The position numbers and the translations under genes were made by a program. Of a stretch of DNA of 64,000 nucleotides, positions 21,291 through 30,123 are shown piece by piece. The DNA lies in assembly GCA_963555825.3 (NCBI GenBank), contig CAUVXB020000002.1, positions 992,001-1,056,000 of the forward strand, read 5' to 3'. The DNA is from Alphaproteobacteria bacterium. GTDB lineage: Bacteria; Pseudomonadota; Alphaproteobacteria; JAAXGF01. Position 1 is the stretch's first letter. Every line of letters begins with the position of its first letter. The notes under the pieces were generated by a model. It did no database searches. It was given only the letters and a program-made list of their open reading frames with translations, and was not told where the DNA came from.

Positions 21291-22322
21291 TCAAGCGGCG
21301 GTGACTGCTGGCTGACGGTAGGTTCCACCGTTGGCGAGCAGCGCCCAGGCGGTTCGTGCGTTCTTGTTGGCCAGCGCCACGGCGGCGAGCTTGGTCGGTT
21401 TGCGCGCCATGAGATCGCCCAGCCAAGGGTTCTTCTCGAAGTTTGATCTTCGCCCGTGGCGTATCACCGTCATGGCGCCGGCGACGAGCAGCCACCGGAG
21501 GTAGTGGTCACCCGCCTTGGAGATGCGGCCGAGCCGCTGCTTGCCGCCGGTCGAGGTCTGTCTGGGCACCAGACCGATCCAAGCCGCCAGTTCACGCCCC
21601 GATCTGAACACCGAAGGGTCGGCGATCGAGGCCGCCAGCGCGCTCGCAGTGATTGGCCCGATGCCGGGTATGGTCGCCAGACGCTGGCTGACCTCGGTCG
21701 CTCGATGCCAGGCATGAATGCGCTGCTCGGTGGTGGTGATCTCACGCTCCAGCGATAACAACTGCCGCGCCAGTCCTTCCAGGCATGTTCGTGCCAATGG
21801 CGGGATGCGCTCATCGCCCTCATCAGCGATGACCGCGAGGAGTTCCTTCACCTGCGGCAGCCCGACCCGGGCGACGACCCCGAACTCCGCCATGTGCGCG
21901 CGGATCGCGTTGACCAGCATGGTCCGCTGCCGAACCAGGAGTTCGCGCGTCCGGTGGTCCATCAACACGCTCTGCTGCGCGGCCGTCTTGACCGCCACGA
22001 AACGCATCGATGGCCGCGTTACCGCTTCGCAGATCGCTTCGGCATCCGCCGCGTCGTTCTTGTTGCGCTTGACGTAGGGCTTCACGTAAGCCGCCGGCAT
22101 GATGCGCACCTCATGGCCAAGCGCCCCGAGTTCCCGCGCCCAATGGTGCGACGTCGCGCAGGCCTCGATACCGACCAGACAAGCCGGCTGCTTGCTGAAG
22201 AACGGCACAACCTGGCGGCGCCTCAGTTGCCGGCGGATCACGGTCTCGCCTGAGACATCGACCCCGTGAACCTGGAAAACGTTCTTCGCAAGATCAAGTC
22301 CGATCGTGTTAACCTCGGTCAT
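21291..22322 (-). CDS. IS110-family DEDD transposase / recombinase
   Basis: GLDLAK, GIEAC, KNDAADAEAI, IPGIG, GLVPRQTSTGGK, VALANKNAR. Confidence 0.96.
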   Translation of the reverse strand: MTEVNTIGLDLAKNVFQVHGVDVSGETVIRRQLRRRQVVPFFSKQPACLVGIEACATSHHWARELGALGHEVRIMPAAYVKPYVKRNKNDAADAEAICEAVTRPSMRFVAVKTAAQQSVLMDHRTRELLVRQRTMLVNAIRAHMAEFGVVARVGLPQVKELLAVIADEGDERIPPLARTCLEGLARQLLSLEREITTTEQRIHAWHRATEVSQRLATIPGIGPITASALAASIADPSVFRSGRELAAWIGLVPRQTSTGGKQRLGRISKAGDHYLRWLLVAGAMTVIRHGRRSNFEKNPWLGDLMARKPTKLAAVALANKNARTAWALLANGGTYRQPAVTAA

Positions 22323-22403
22323 AGGACGGCTCCTTTGTACGTGATCAGCCAACAGCTACCACTTCTGGCACCTAGATGCCGCGTGGGGCCGTCCACCCCA
22401 TTA

Positions 22404-22556
22404 TGAGCAGACATTAGGCTCGCTGCGCTGCGACGTCTGCTTTCCGCTCGGAAGCGGACGTGCATGTCATGAAAATTGGAAGCCGCACGTATTAGGTCCG
22501 GTTACCGCCCGAAAGCGGACGTCGCGCACCTACGTCGCTAATGTCTGCTGCTGACC
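22404..22556. repeat. Palindromic repeat array, block 2 (right half of R3, R4, R5, left half of R6)
   Basis: tgagcagac; gtctgctttccgctcggaagcggac 22435-22459; gtccggttaccgcccgaaagcggac 22496-22520; gtctgctgctgacc 22543-22556. Confidence 0.85.
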
Positions 22557-24238
22557 CAGCCTGTGTGAAAACGTCGATGGTGTTATGATTCTCTTGTGCT
22601 TTGGCGGGAGGGTCTGATGAAGCGTTTTGTGGAGGGTGTCGATCGCAGCCAGGGCACGTTGTTTCCCGAGCGCCTGGAAGACTGGATCGGCGAGGACACC
22701 CCGGTTCGGGCGATCGACGTCTTCGTCGATGAGCTCGATCTTGGGGGTCTCGGGTTCGACCGGGTCGCGCCGCTGGCGACCGGCAGGCCGGCCTATCATC
22801 CTTGCGATTTGTTGAAGCTCTACATCTACGGCTATCTCAACCGGGTTCAGTCGAGCCGTCGGCTCGAGAGGGAGGCCGGGCGCAATGTGGAAGTGATGTG
22901 GCTGGTCGGCCGGCTGGCGCCGGATCACAAGACGATCGCCGACTTCCGCAAGGACAACGGCTGCGATCCGCAAGGTCTGCGCCCGGTTCGTCGCCCTGTG
23001 CCGGCAACTGGGGCTGTTCGCCGAGGCGAGCGTGGCGATCGATGGCGCCAAGTTCAAGGCGGTCAACAGCCGGGACAGGAACTTCACGCGGGCCAAGATG
23101 GCGCGGCGGGTGGCGCAGATCGAGGAGAGCGTTGCACGCTATCTGCAGCAACTCGACAGCGCCGACCGGCAAGAGCCGTCGCTGGCGCGCACGACCAAGA
23201 CGACTCGTCTGGCCGACAAGATTGCGATCCTCAAGGAGGAGATGCGGCGCCTGAAGGCGCTTGAAGTCGAGAGGCGTGCGAGCCCGGACCAGCAGAGCTC
23301 TCTGAGCGATCCCGATGCCCGCTCGATGGCGACGAGCGGCCGGGGTTCCGGCGTGGTGGGCTACAACGTTCAGGCCGCCGTCGACACCAAGCATCACCTG
23401 ATCGTTGCCCACGAGGTGACCAATCAGGGCACCGACCGCGCCCAGCTCTCAGCCATGGCGAAGCGGACCAAGGCGGCTCTGGAGACCGACGAGTTGGATG
23501 TCGTTGCCGATCGCGGCTACTACAACGGCAAGGAGATTCTGGCCTGCGATGAGGCCGGCATCACCGTCACGTTGCCTAAGCCGCTGACCTCGGGAGCCAA
23601 GGCCAAGGGCCGCTTCGGCAAACAGGACTTCGTCTATCTGGCCGCCGACGATGTCTATCGCTGCCCGGCCGGCGAGCGTTTGGTCTACCGCTTCACCAGC
23701 CAGGAGAGTGGGCTGAGCATGCGGCGCTACTGGACCAACGCCTGTCAGGGATGCGCCATCAAGCATCGCTGCACCACGGCCAAGCAGCGCCGCATCACCC
23801 GTTGGCAGCACGAACACATTCTCGAGGCCGTCGAGAGGCGGCTCGACGAGCACCCGGAGGCGATGCGTCGGCGGCGCGAGACGGCCGAGCAACCCTTCGG
23901 CACCCTCAAGGCCTGGATGGGCGCGACGCACTTCCAGATGAAGACGCTGAAGCGGGTGAGGACCGAGATGGCCTTGCACGTGCTGGCCTACAATCTCAAG
24001 CGCGTCATGAACATCATGGGCATCGACCCGCTGATCGCGGCGATCAGGACGGCATAGCGCCCCTGCGCCGACAATTACGCCCATACCCGGCCACATCGCG
24101 GCTCACAACGGCGCCAGCCGGCCGAAAAGCCCGCACGAGCGGCGAAAATCCATAATCCCGGAAAACACGTCCCGACTGATCATCCAAACCCAAAGACGCG
24201 CCACACAGAAATAGCAGCAAACGTTCTCACACAAACTG
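22557..24238 (+). mobile_element. IS1182-family insertion sequence (type 2), copy 1
   Basis: IRs cagcctgtgtgaaaacgt / acgttctcacacaaactg, target duplication GACC (22553-22556, 24239-24242). Confidence 0.92.
22617..24057 (+). pseudogene. IS1182 transposase, frameshifted
   Basis: 2-nt deletion near 22961 (aacggctgcgatc versus aacggccgtgcgatc in copy 2) splits the ORF. Confidence 0.9.
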
Positions 24239-24242
24239 GACC

Positions 24243-24334
24243 CAAAGCGGACCTCTTCTTTCTCCAATTGGAGTGACTGCTTTTGACCCCGACGAGATGT
24301 ATCTGGTCCTGGCGGCTTTTCACGGGATCTAGAC
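24243..24334. repeat. Palindromic repeat array, block 3 (right half of R6, degenerate R7, possible further copy)
   Basis: caaagcggac 24243-24252; gactgcttttgaccccgacgagat 24275-24298; ggcggcttttcacgggatctagac 24311-24334. Confidence 0.6.
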
Positions 24335-24374
24335 ATTTATACAAGAGAAACTGGTCCGGTGCTATGATGGGCCC

Positions 24375-24995
24375 ATGTCACAGATCGAATCTCTTTTCGT
24401 CACCCGTCTCTACCGCTCTGCCCTGTCCGAGTTCTGCAAGGCGCCGGATGCGGCCGAGCTTGAAACCTCCTGCCTGTCGATTGCCGATGATGATAAGGCC
24501 GGGCAGGTATGGTGCGAGGAACATGATTATCCGGGTTATACCAGCTATGCCTCGCTGGACGATCTGGCTTGGCGGTTTCCGATCTTCAAGGATCTGGTCC
24601 CGGTGCTCGATAAACATGTCGCGACCTTTGTCAAGGACTTGCAATTCGATCTGGACGGCAAGAAGGTCAGGCTGAATAGTCTGTGGATCAACATCTTGCC
24701 CGAAGGCGGCGTGCATACGTCGCATTTGCATCCCCATAGCGTGATCAGCGGCACCGCCTATGTCACGGTGCCGAACGGCGCAAGTGCCATCAAGTTCGAA
24801 GACCCGCGGTCGGCAATGATGATGGCGGCACCGGAGCGCGAGGTCGAAGCACGGAACGAACTGCGCAAGTTCATCTATGTCGTGCCCCAGGCAGGCGAGG
24901 TTTTGCTTTGGGAAAGCTGGCTACGCCACGAAGTTCCTCAGAACAAGGCCGATGAGGAACGCATCAGCATCAGTTTCAATTATGGCTGGGAGTGA
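24375..24995 (+). CDS. TIGR02466-family putative 2OG-Fe(II) oxygenase
   Basis: YPGYTSYASL, WINIL...HTSHLHPHSVISGT, FEDPR, WESWLRHEV, RISISFN. Confidence 0.9.
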   Translation: MSQIESLFVTRLYRSALSEFCKAPDAAELETSCLSIADDDKAGQVWCEEHDYPGYTSYASLDDLAWRFPIFKDLVPVLDKHVATFVKDLQFDLDGKKVRLNSLWINILPEGGVHTSHLHPHSVISGTAYVTVPNGASAIKFEDPRSAMMMAAPEREVEARNELRKFIYVVPQAGEVLLWESWLRHEVPQNKADEERISISFNYGWE

Positions 24996-25030
24996 CGTGC
25001 CCGTGGAGGGTTGTCCCGTCCACACATGGC

Positions 25031-25282
25031 TATGTGTGGACGGCCCCGATTTGGCAAGGGTTGTTTTGACGGTCATGCAAGTTGGTCGGGTGCGGCTATG
25101 TGTCCGGCCTGTTGATGCGGTGCTCTTGACCGCTGGCCCTAATGCGATCCGCGGGATCGGGTCCCAACTAAACCCACGAGCTCAGTGGCTCCGTAGCCAA
25201 GACGGGTTTCTCCGATCCCCGGTGTTCGACCGGTCTTGCATTACCTCACGATCACCCTGCCAAAGGGTTTAAGGCGTCTGTC
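25031..25282 (-). ncRNA. Predicted bridge/seek RNA region of IS1111 copy 2
   Basis: Homologous to 21041-21290 with a compensatory stem change (gcggt...accgc versus gcgat...atcgc). Confidence 0.6.
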
Positions 25283-26314
25283 TCAAGCGGCGGTGACTGC
25301 TGGCTGACGGTAGGTTCCACCGTTGGCGAGCAGCGCCCAGGCGGTTCGTGCGTTCTTGTTGGCCAGCGCCACGGCGGCGAGCTTGGTCGGTTTGCGCGCC
25401 ATGAGATCGCCCAGCCAAGGGTTCTTCTCGAAGTTTGATCTTCGCCCGTGGCGTATCACCGTCATGGCGCCGGCGACGAGCAGCCACCGGAGGTAGTGGT
25501 CACCCGCCTTGGAGATGCGGCCGAGCCGCTGCTTGCCGCCGGTCGAGGTCTGTCTGGGCACCAGACCGATCCAAGCCGCCAGTTCACGCCCCGATCTGAA
25601 CACCGAAGGGTCGGCGATCGAGGCCGCCAGCGCGCTCGCAGTGATTGGCCCGATGCCGGGTATGGTCGCCAGACGCTGGCTGACCTCGGTCGCTCGATGC
25701 CAGGCATGAATGCGCTGCTCGGTGGTGGTGATCTCACGCTCCAGCGACAGCAACTGCCGCGCCAGTCCTTCCAGGCATGTTCGTGCCAATGGCGGGATGC
25801 GCTCATCGCCCTCATCAGCGATGACCGCGAGGAGTTCCTTCACCTGCGGCAGCCCGACCCGGGCGACGACCCCGAACTCCGCCATGTGCGCGCGGATCGC
25901 GTTGACCAGCATGGTCCGCTGCCGAACCAGGAGTTCGCGCGTCCGGTGGTCCATCAACACGCTCTGCTGCGCGGCCGTCTTGACCGCCACGAAACGCATC
26001 GATGGCCGCGTTACCGCTTCGCAGATCGCTTCGGCATCCGCCGCGTCGTTCTTGTTGCGCTTGACGTAGGGCTTCACGTAAGCCGCCGGCATGATGCGCA
26101 CCTCATGGCCAAGCGCCCCGAGTTCCCGCGCCCAATGGTGCGACGTCGCGCAGGCCTCGATACCGACCAGACAAGCCGGCTGCTTGCTGAAGAACGGCAC
26201 AACCTGGCGGCGCCTCAGTTGCCGGCGGATCACGGTCTCGCCTGAGACATCGACCCCGTGAACCTGGAAAACGTTCTTCGCAAGATCAAGTCCGATCGTG
26301 TTAACCTCGGTCAT
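25283..26314 (-). CDS. IS110-family DEDD transposase / recombinase
   Basis: Translation identical to 21291..22322. Confidence 0.96.
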   Translation of the reverse strand: MTEVNTIGLDLAKNVFQVHGVDVSGETVIRRQLRRRQVVPFFSKQPACLVGIEACATSHHWARELGALGHEVRIMPAAYVKPYVKRNKNDAADAEAICEAVTRPSMRFVAVKTAAQQSVLMDHRTRELLVRQRTMLVNAIRAHMAEFGVVARVGLPQVKELLAVIADEGDERIPPLARTCLEGLARQLLSLEREITTTEQRIHAWHRATEVSQRLATIPGIGPITASALAASIADPSVFRSGRELAAWIGLVPRQTSTGGKQRLGRISKAGDHYLRWLLVAGAMTVIRHGRRSNFEKNPWLGDLMARKPTKLAAVALANKNARTAWALLANGGTYRQPAVTAA

Positions 26315-26395
26315 AGGACGGCTCCTTTGTACGTGATCAGCCAACAGCTACCACTTCTGGCACCTAGATGCCGCGTGGGGCCGTCCACCCCATTA

Positions 26396-26548
26396 ATCCC
26401 GGAAATTAGAAAGGGCGGGCCGCAACGTCCGCTTTCCGCTCGTTAGCAGACCCTCGCGCCGAGGAATTCAGAAATCCGGCAGTCAATGTCTGGTTCGCGC
26501 GACAAAGCAGACGTTGGAGGCGACACCGTCTAACGTCTGCTGGTGACC
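26396..26548. repeat. Palindromic repeat array, block 4 (right half of R8, R9, R10, left half of R11)
   Basis: atcccggaa; gtccgctttccgctcgttagcagac 26427-26451; gtctggttcgcgcgacaaagcagac 26488-26512; gtctgctggtgacc 26535-26548; same 153-bp length as block 2. Confidence 0.85.
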
Positions 26549-28232
26549 CAGACTGTGTAAAAACGTCGATGGTGTTATGATTCTCTCGTGCTTTGGCGGG
26601 AGGGTCTGATGAAGCGTTTTGTCGAGGGTGTCGATCGCAGCCAGGGCACGTTGTTTCCGGAGCGCCTGGAAGACTGGATCGGCGACGACAACCCGGTTCG
26701 GGCGATCGACGTCTTCGTCGATGAGCTCGATCTTGGCGGCCTCGGGTTCGACCGGGTCGAGCCGCTGGCGACCGGCAGGCCGGCCTATCATCCTTGCGAT
26801 TTGTTGAAGCTCTACATCTACGGCTATCTCAACCGGGTTCAGTCGAGCCGTCGGCTCGAGAGGGAGGCCGGGCGCAATGTGGAAGTGATGTGGCTGGTCG
26901 GCCGGCTGGCGCCGGATCACAAGACGATCGCCGACTTCCGCAAGGACAACGGCCGTGCGATCCGCAAGGTCTGCGCCCGGTTCGTCGCGCTGTGCCGGCA
27001 ACTCGGGCTGTTCGCCGAGGCGAGCGTGGCGATCGATGGCTCGAAGTTCAAGGCGGTCAACAGCCGGGACAGGAACTTCACGCGGGCCAAGATGGCGCGG
27101 CGGGTGGCGCAGATCGAGGAGAGCGTTGCGCGCTATCTGGACCAGTTGGACAGCGCCGACCGGCAAGAGCCGTCGCTGGCGCGCACGACCAAGACGACTC
27201 GTCTGGCCGACAAGATCGCGATCCTCAAGGAGGAGATGCGGCGCCTGAAGGCGCTTGAAGTCGAGCGGCGTGCGAGCCCGGACCAGCAGATCTCTCTGAG
27301 CGATCCCGATGCCCGCTCGATGGCGACGAGCGGCCGGGGTTCCGGCGTGGTCGGCTACAACGTTCAGGCCGCCGTCGACACCAAGCACCACCTGATCGTC
27401 GCCCACGAGGTGACCAATCAGGGCACCGACCGCGCCCAGCTCTCAGCCATGGCGAAGCGGACCAAGGCGGCTCTGGAGACCGACGAGTTGGATGTCGTTG
27501 CCGATCGCGGCTACTACAACGGTAAGGAGATTCTGGCCTGCGATGAGGCCGGCATCACCGTCACATTGCCTAAGCCGCTGACCTCTGGAGCCAAGGCCAA
27601 GGGCCGCTTCGGCAAACAGGACTTCGTCTATCTGGCCGCCGACGATGTCTATCGCTGCCCGGCCGGCGAGCGTTTGGTCTACCGCTTCACCAGCCAGGAG
27701 AGGGGGCTGAGCATGCGGCGCTACTGGACCAACGCCTGTCAGGGATGCGCCATCAAGCATCGCTGCACCACGGCCAAGCAGCGCCGCATCACCCGCTGGC
27801 AGCACGAGCATGTTCTCGAGGCCGTCGAGAGGCGGCTCGACGAGCACCCGGAGGCGATGCGTCGGCGGCGCGAGACGGCCGAGCATCCCTTCGGCACCAT
27901 CAAGTCCTGGATGGGCGCGACGCATTTCCAGACGAAGACGCTGAAACGGGTGAGGACCGAGATGGCCCTGCACGTGCTGGCCTACAATCTCAAGCGCGTC
28001 ATGAACATCACGGGCATCGACCCGCTGATCGCGGCGATGAGGACCGCATAGGCCTCTCTGCGCCGCAAATTGCGCCCATATCCGGCCAAATCGCAGCTCA
28101 CACCGGCGCCAGCCGGCCGACAGGTCCGCACGAGTGGCGAAAATCCTTAATCCCGGAATACCCGCCGCGACGGATCATCGAAGCCAAAGACGCGCCGTAC
28201 AGATCACGCAGCAAACGTTCTTACACAGTCTG
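26549..28232 (+). mobile_element. IS1182-family insertion sequence (type 2), copy 2
   Basis: IRs cagactgtgtaaaaacgt / acgttcttacacagtctg, target duplication GACC (26545-26548, 28233-28236). Confidence 0.93.
26609..28051 (+). CDS. IS1182-family transposase, intact
   Basis: GRPAYHP, SSRRLERE, PDHKTIADFRK, GYNVQ, ADRGYY, EHPFGTIK, YNLKR. Confidence 0.95.
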   Translation: MKRFVEGVDRSQGTLFPERLEDWIGDDNPVRAIDVFVDELDLGGLGFDRVEPLATGRPAYHPCDLLKLYIYGYLNRVQSSRRLEREAGRNVEVMWLVGRLAPDHKTIADFRKDNGRAIRKVCARFVALCRQLGLFAEASVAIDGSKFKAVNSRDRNFTRAKMARRVAQIEESVARYLDQLDSADRQEPSLARTTKTTRLADKIAILKEEMRRLKALEVERRASPDQQISLSDPDARSMATSGRGSGVVGYNVQAAVDTKHHLIVAHEVTNQGTDRAQLSAMAKRTKAALETDELDVVADRGYYNGKEILACDEAGITVTLPKPLTSGAKAKGRFGKQDFVYLAADDVYRCPAGERLVYRFTSQERGLSMRRYWTNACQGCAIKHRCTTAKQRRITRWQHEHVLEAVERRLDEHPEAMRRRRETAEHPFGTIKSWMGATHFQTKTLKRVRTEMALHVLAYNLKRVMNITGIDPLIAAMRTA

Positions 28233-28261
28233 GACCCGAAGTCGACCTTGAGCAGGTCAAT

Positions 28262-28591
28262 TCAAACGCTTTGCATGGCGTTCACAATCGCCCTTGTCAG
28301 TGTCAGAAAGCGGCAGCAGACGTCGCCCTCAGGGTCCAGCCGCAAGACATCGGCCTTGAAAGCTTCTTGTTTGAGGCCGCCCCAAGCAACGACAGTGCCC
28401 TCGAGTGTTTCACCCGGGCGCACAGGGCGATGGAAGCCGCTGATCTGAAATCCGCCAATCGACCAGTCGGTGGTCTTGTAATTGTGATCCTCGAAGCGAA
28501 GTGTCAGCCGCGGCATCACGTGACGTGAATGTTGACGCTGCTCGCGCCCGCCGGGGAACTTTGGATTGCTCTTCTCCCGCCCCATCCCCAA
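28262..28591 (-). CDS. PilZ-domain protein (start uncertain)
   Basis: RQHSR (RxxxR) and DWSIGG (D/NxSxGG) c-di-GMP-binding motifs. Confidence 0.75.
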   Translation of the reverse strand: MGMGREKSNPKFPGGREQRQHSRHVMPRLTLRFEDHNYKTTDWSIGGFQISGFHRPVRPGETLEGTVVAWGGLKQEAFKADVLRLDPEGDVCCRFLTLTRAIVNAMQSV

Positions 28592-28634
28592 CTGCCTCTT
28601 TGCGGCTCATGTTGACCGAGAATCCTCAGATGAC

Positions 28635-29759
28635 CTAGTGTCCCGATTCCGAAGTTCGCATGATTTTCGCCTGCTGTTCAGCGATTTCGATTGTTCGGAG
28701 GCAGAAGCGCTGGATGGCGCCGAGGATGTCATCGGCGGATTTGGTCCATTTGAAGGGTTTGGGGTTCTGGTTTGTCGTGTCGATGTAGTCGAGGATGGTG
28801 CGCTCCAACTCCTTGGTGGAGCGATGGACGCCGCGCCTGATCTGCTTGTCGGTCAGCAGCCCGAACCAGCGCTCGACCTGGTTCAGCCAGGAGGCGCTGG
28901 TGGGTGTGAAATGGGCCTGCCAGCGCGGCCGTTTGGCGAACCAGTCGCGGATCGCCTTGGTCTTGTGGGTCCCGTAGTTGTCCATGACGATGTGGATGTC
29001 GAGATCAGCAGGGACGTTCGCCTCGACGAGGTCGAGGAATTTGCGGAACTCTCGGGCCCGATGGCGCGGGAAACATTTGCCGATGATCTCTCCCGTGGCG
29101 ATGTCGAGGGCCGCGAAGAGAGAGGTCGTGCCGTGGCGCTTGTAGTCGTGGCTGCGCCGCTCCGCCTGCCCGGGGCGCATCGGCAAGAGGGGCTGGGAAC
29201 GGTCCAGGGCCTGGATCTGGCTCTTTTCGTCGACACAGAGAACCAGGGCACGATCCGGCGGCGCCAAATACAGACCGACGATGTCGCGGACCTTCTCCAC
29301 GAAGAAGGGATCGCTCGACAGCTTGAAGGTCTCCGAGCGATGCGGCTGCAAGCCGAAGGCCCGCCAGATGCGATGAATGGTCGAGGGCGCGTGGCCGCTC
29401 GCCCGCGCCATCGAGCGAAGGCTCCAATGGGTCGCGTCCGGCGGCGTCTCTTCCAGCGTCAGCCGGACCGCTTCCGCGATGGCGTCATCGCCGATTTGAC
29501 GCGGCGCGCCGGGGCGGGGTTCGTCGTACAGACCGTCGAGGCCCTCCGCCGCATAGCGGCGACGCCACTTGCCCACGGTGTCCGCGCTCGCCTCGAGACG
29601 AACGGCGATCTCCTTGTTCTCCAACCCTTCCGCCGCCGCCAAGACGATCCGAGCCCGCCGCGCAAGCCCCTGCGACGTCTTGCGACGACGAGACAGCGCC
29701 TCCAATTCGGCGCGCTCGTCATCGCTCAAAGAGATCGTCACCGCCACTCTCGCCATCAA
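28635..29759 (-). CDS. IS630 transposase
   Basis: HTH N-terminus, [23 protein letters not shown]; stop codon supplied by the target site. Confidence 0.95.
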   Translation of the reverse strand: MMARVAVTISLSDDERAELEALSRRRKTSQGLARRARIVLAAAEGLENKEIAVRLEASADTVGKWRRRYAAEGLDGLYDEPRPGAPRQIGDDAIAEAVRLTLEETPPDATHWSLRSMARASGHAPSTIHRIWRAFGLQPHRSETFKLSSDPFFVEKVRDIVGLYLAPPDRALVLCVDEKSQIQALDRSQPLLPMRPGQAERRSHDYKRHGTTSLFAALDIATGEIIGKCFPRHRAREFRKFLDLVEANVPADLDIHIVMDNYGTHKTKAIRDWFAKRPRWQAHFTPTSASWLNQVERWFGLLTDKQIRRGVHRSTKELERTILDYIDTTNQNPKPFKWTKSADDILGAIQRFCLRTIEIAEQQAKIMRTSESGH

Positions 29760-29818
29760 TCGCGCCTCCTAAAAACAAATAGAGACATAATCATATCAAT
29801 TTATCGATCAGGACACTA
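28636..29818 (-). mobile_element. IS630-family insertion sequence
   Basis: ctagtgtcccgat / atcaggacactag ends, TA duplication inside CTAG. Confidence 0.93.
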
Positions 29819-29857
29819 GCCCGTGCGCGCGTGGGTGTTCGACTCTGTTTCGCTTTC

Positions 29858-29932
29858 TTAGCCATTCGCCGCCGCGGCCTTACGCATCTCGAGGATACGC
29901 TCGTAGGCGTCATTAATCCGCATCATACGTGA
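29858..29932 (-). pseudogene. C-terminal remnant of a DnaJ/DjlA-type J-domain protein, truncated by IS21
   Basis: SRMMRINDAYERILEMRKAAAANG* resembles J-domain helix III. Confidence 0.5.
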
Positions 29933-30123
29933 TGTCAATGGCGGAGCAAAAAGGGACCACCTCGGCGGTGTAAGAAGGGACCGCTTGGCGGCTGCGGGCT
30001 TGTCCCCGTAGTCCACGGGAGGGCCCCGCGCGCGACGCGGCGTGCCCTCAACAGGCTGACGCGGCGGCGCGCGCGGGAGGGACCTGTGGGCCCACGGGGT
30101 CAAGCGTGGGCTGGGTGGTCGGT

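Larger units (their letters stand above)
21041..22403 (-). mobile_element. IS110-family element (IS1111 type), copy 1
   Basis: Sub-terminal IRs gtggacggcccc / ggggccgtccac, TA core at both ends, long non-coding end downstream of the CDS. Confidence 0.92.
25031..26395 (-). mobile_element. IS110-family element (IS1111 type), copy 2
   Basis: Same ends and same protein as copy 1; inserted at ggcTA inside repeat R8. Confidence 0.92.

Noticed and set aside
21041-28232. IS110+IS1182 block as a simple tandem duplication or a composite transposon around the TIGR02466 gene
   Set aside because: The two 153-bp linkers differ outside the repeats, the IS1182 copies have diverged ends and each has its own GACC duplication, so independent insertions fit better.
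19336-28246. Repeat array read as a CRISPR array
   Set aside because: Repeats are far too degenerate, alternate among three subtypes and two spacer lengths, and there are no cas genes or leader in the window.
19336-28246. Repeat array read as integron attC sites or a TIGR-Tas array
   Set aside because: No RYYYAAC/GTTRRRY ends, units are shorter than attC sites and there is no intI. There is no uniform 36-nt unit, and the neighbouring IS110 proteins are ordinary full transposases inside their own IS ends.
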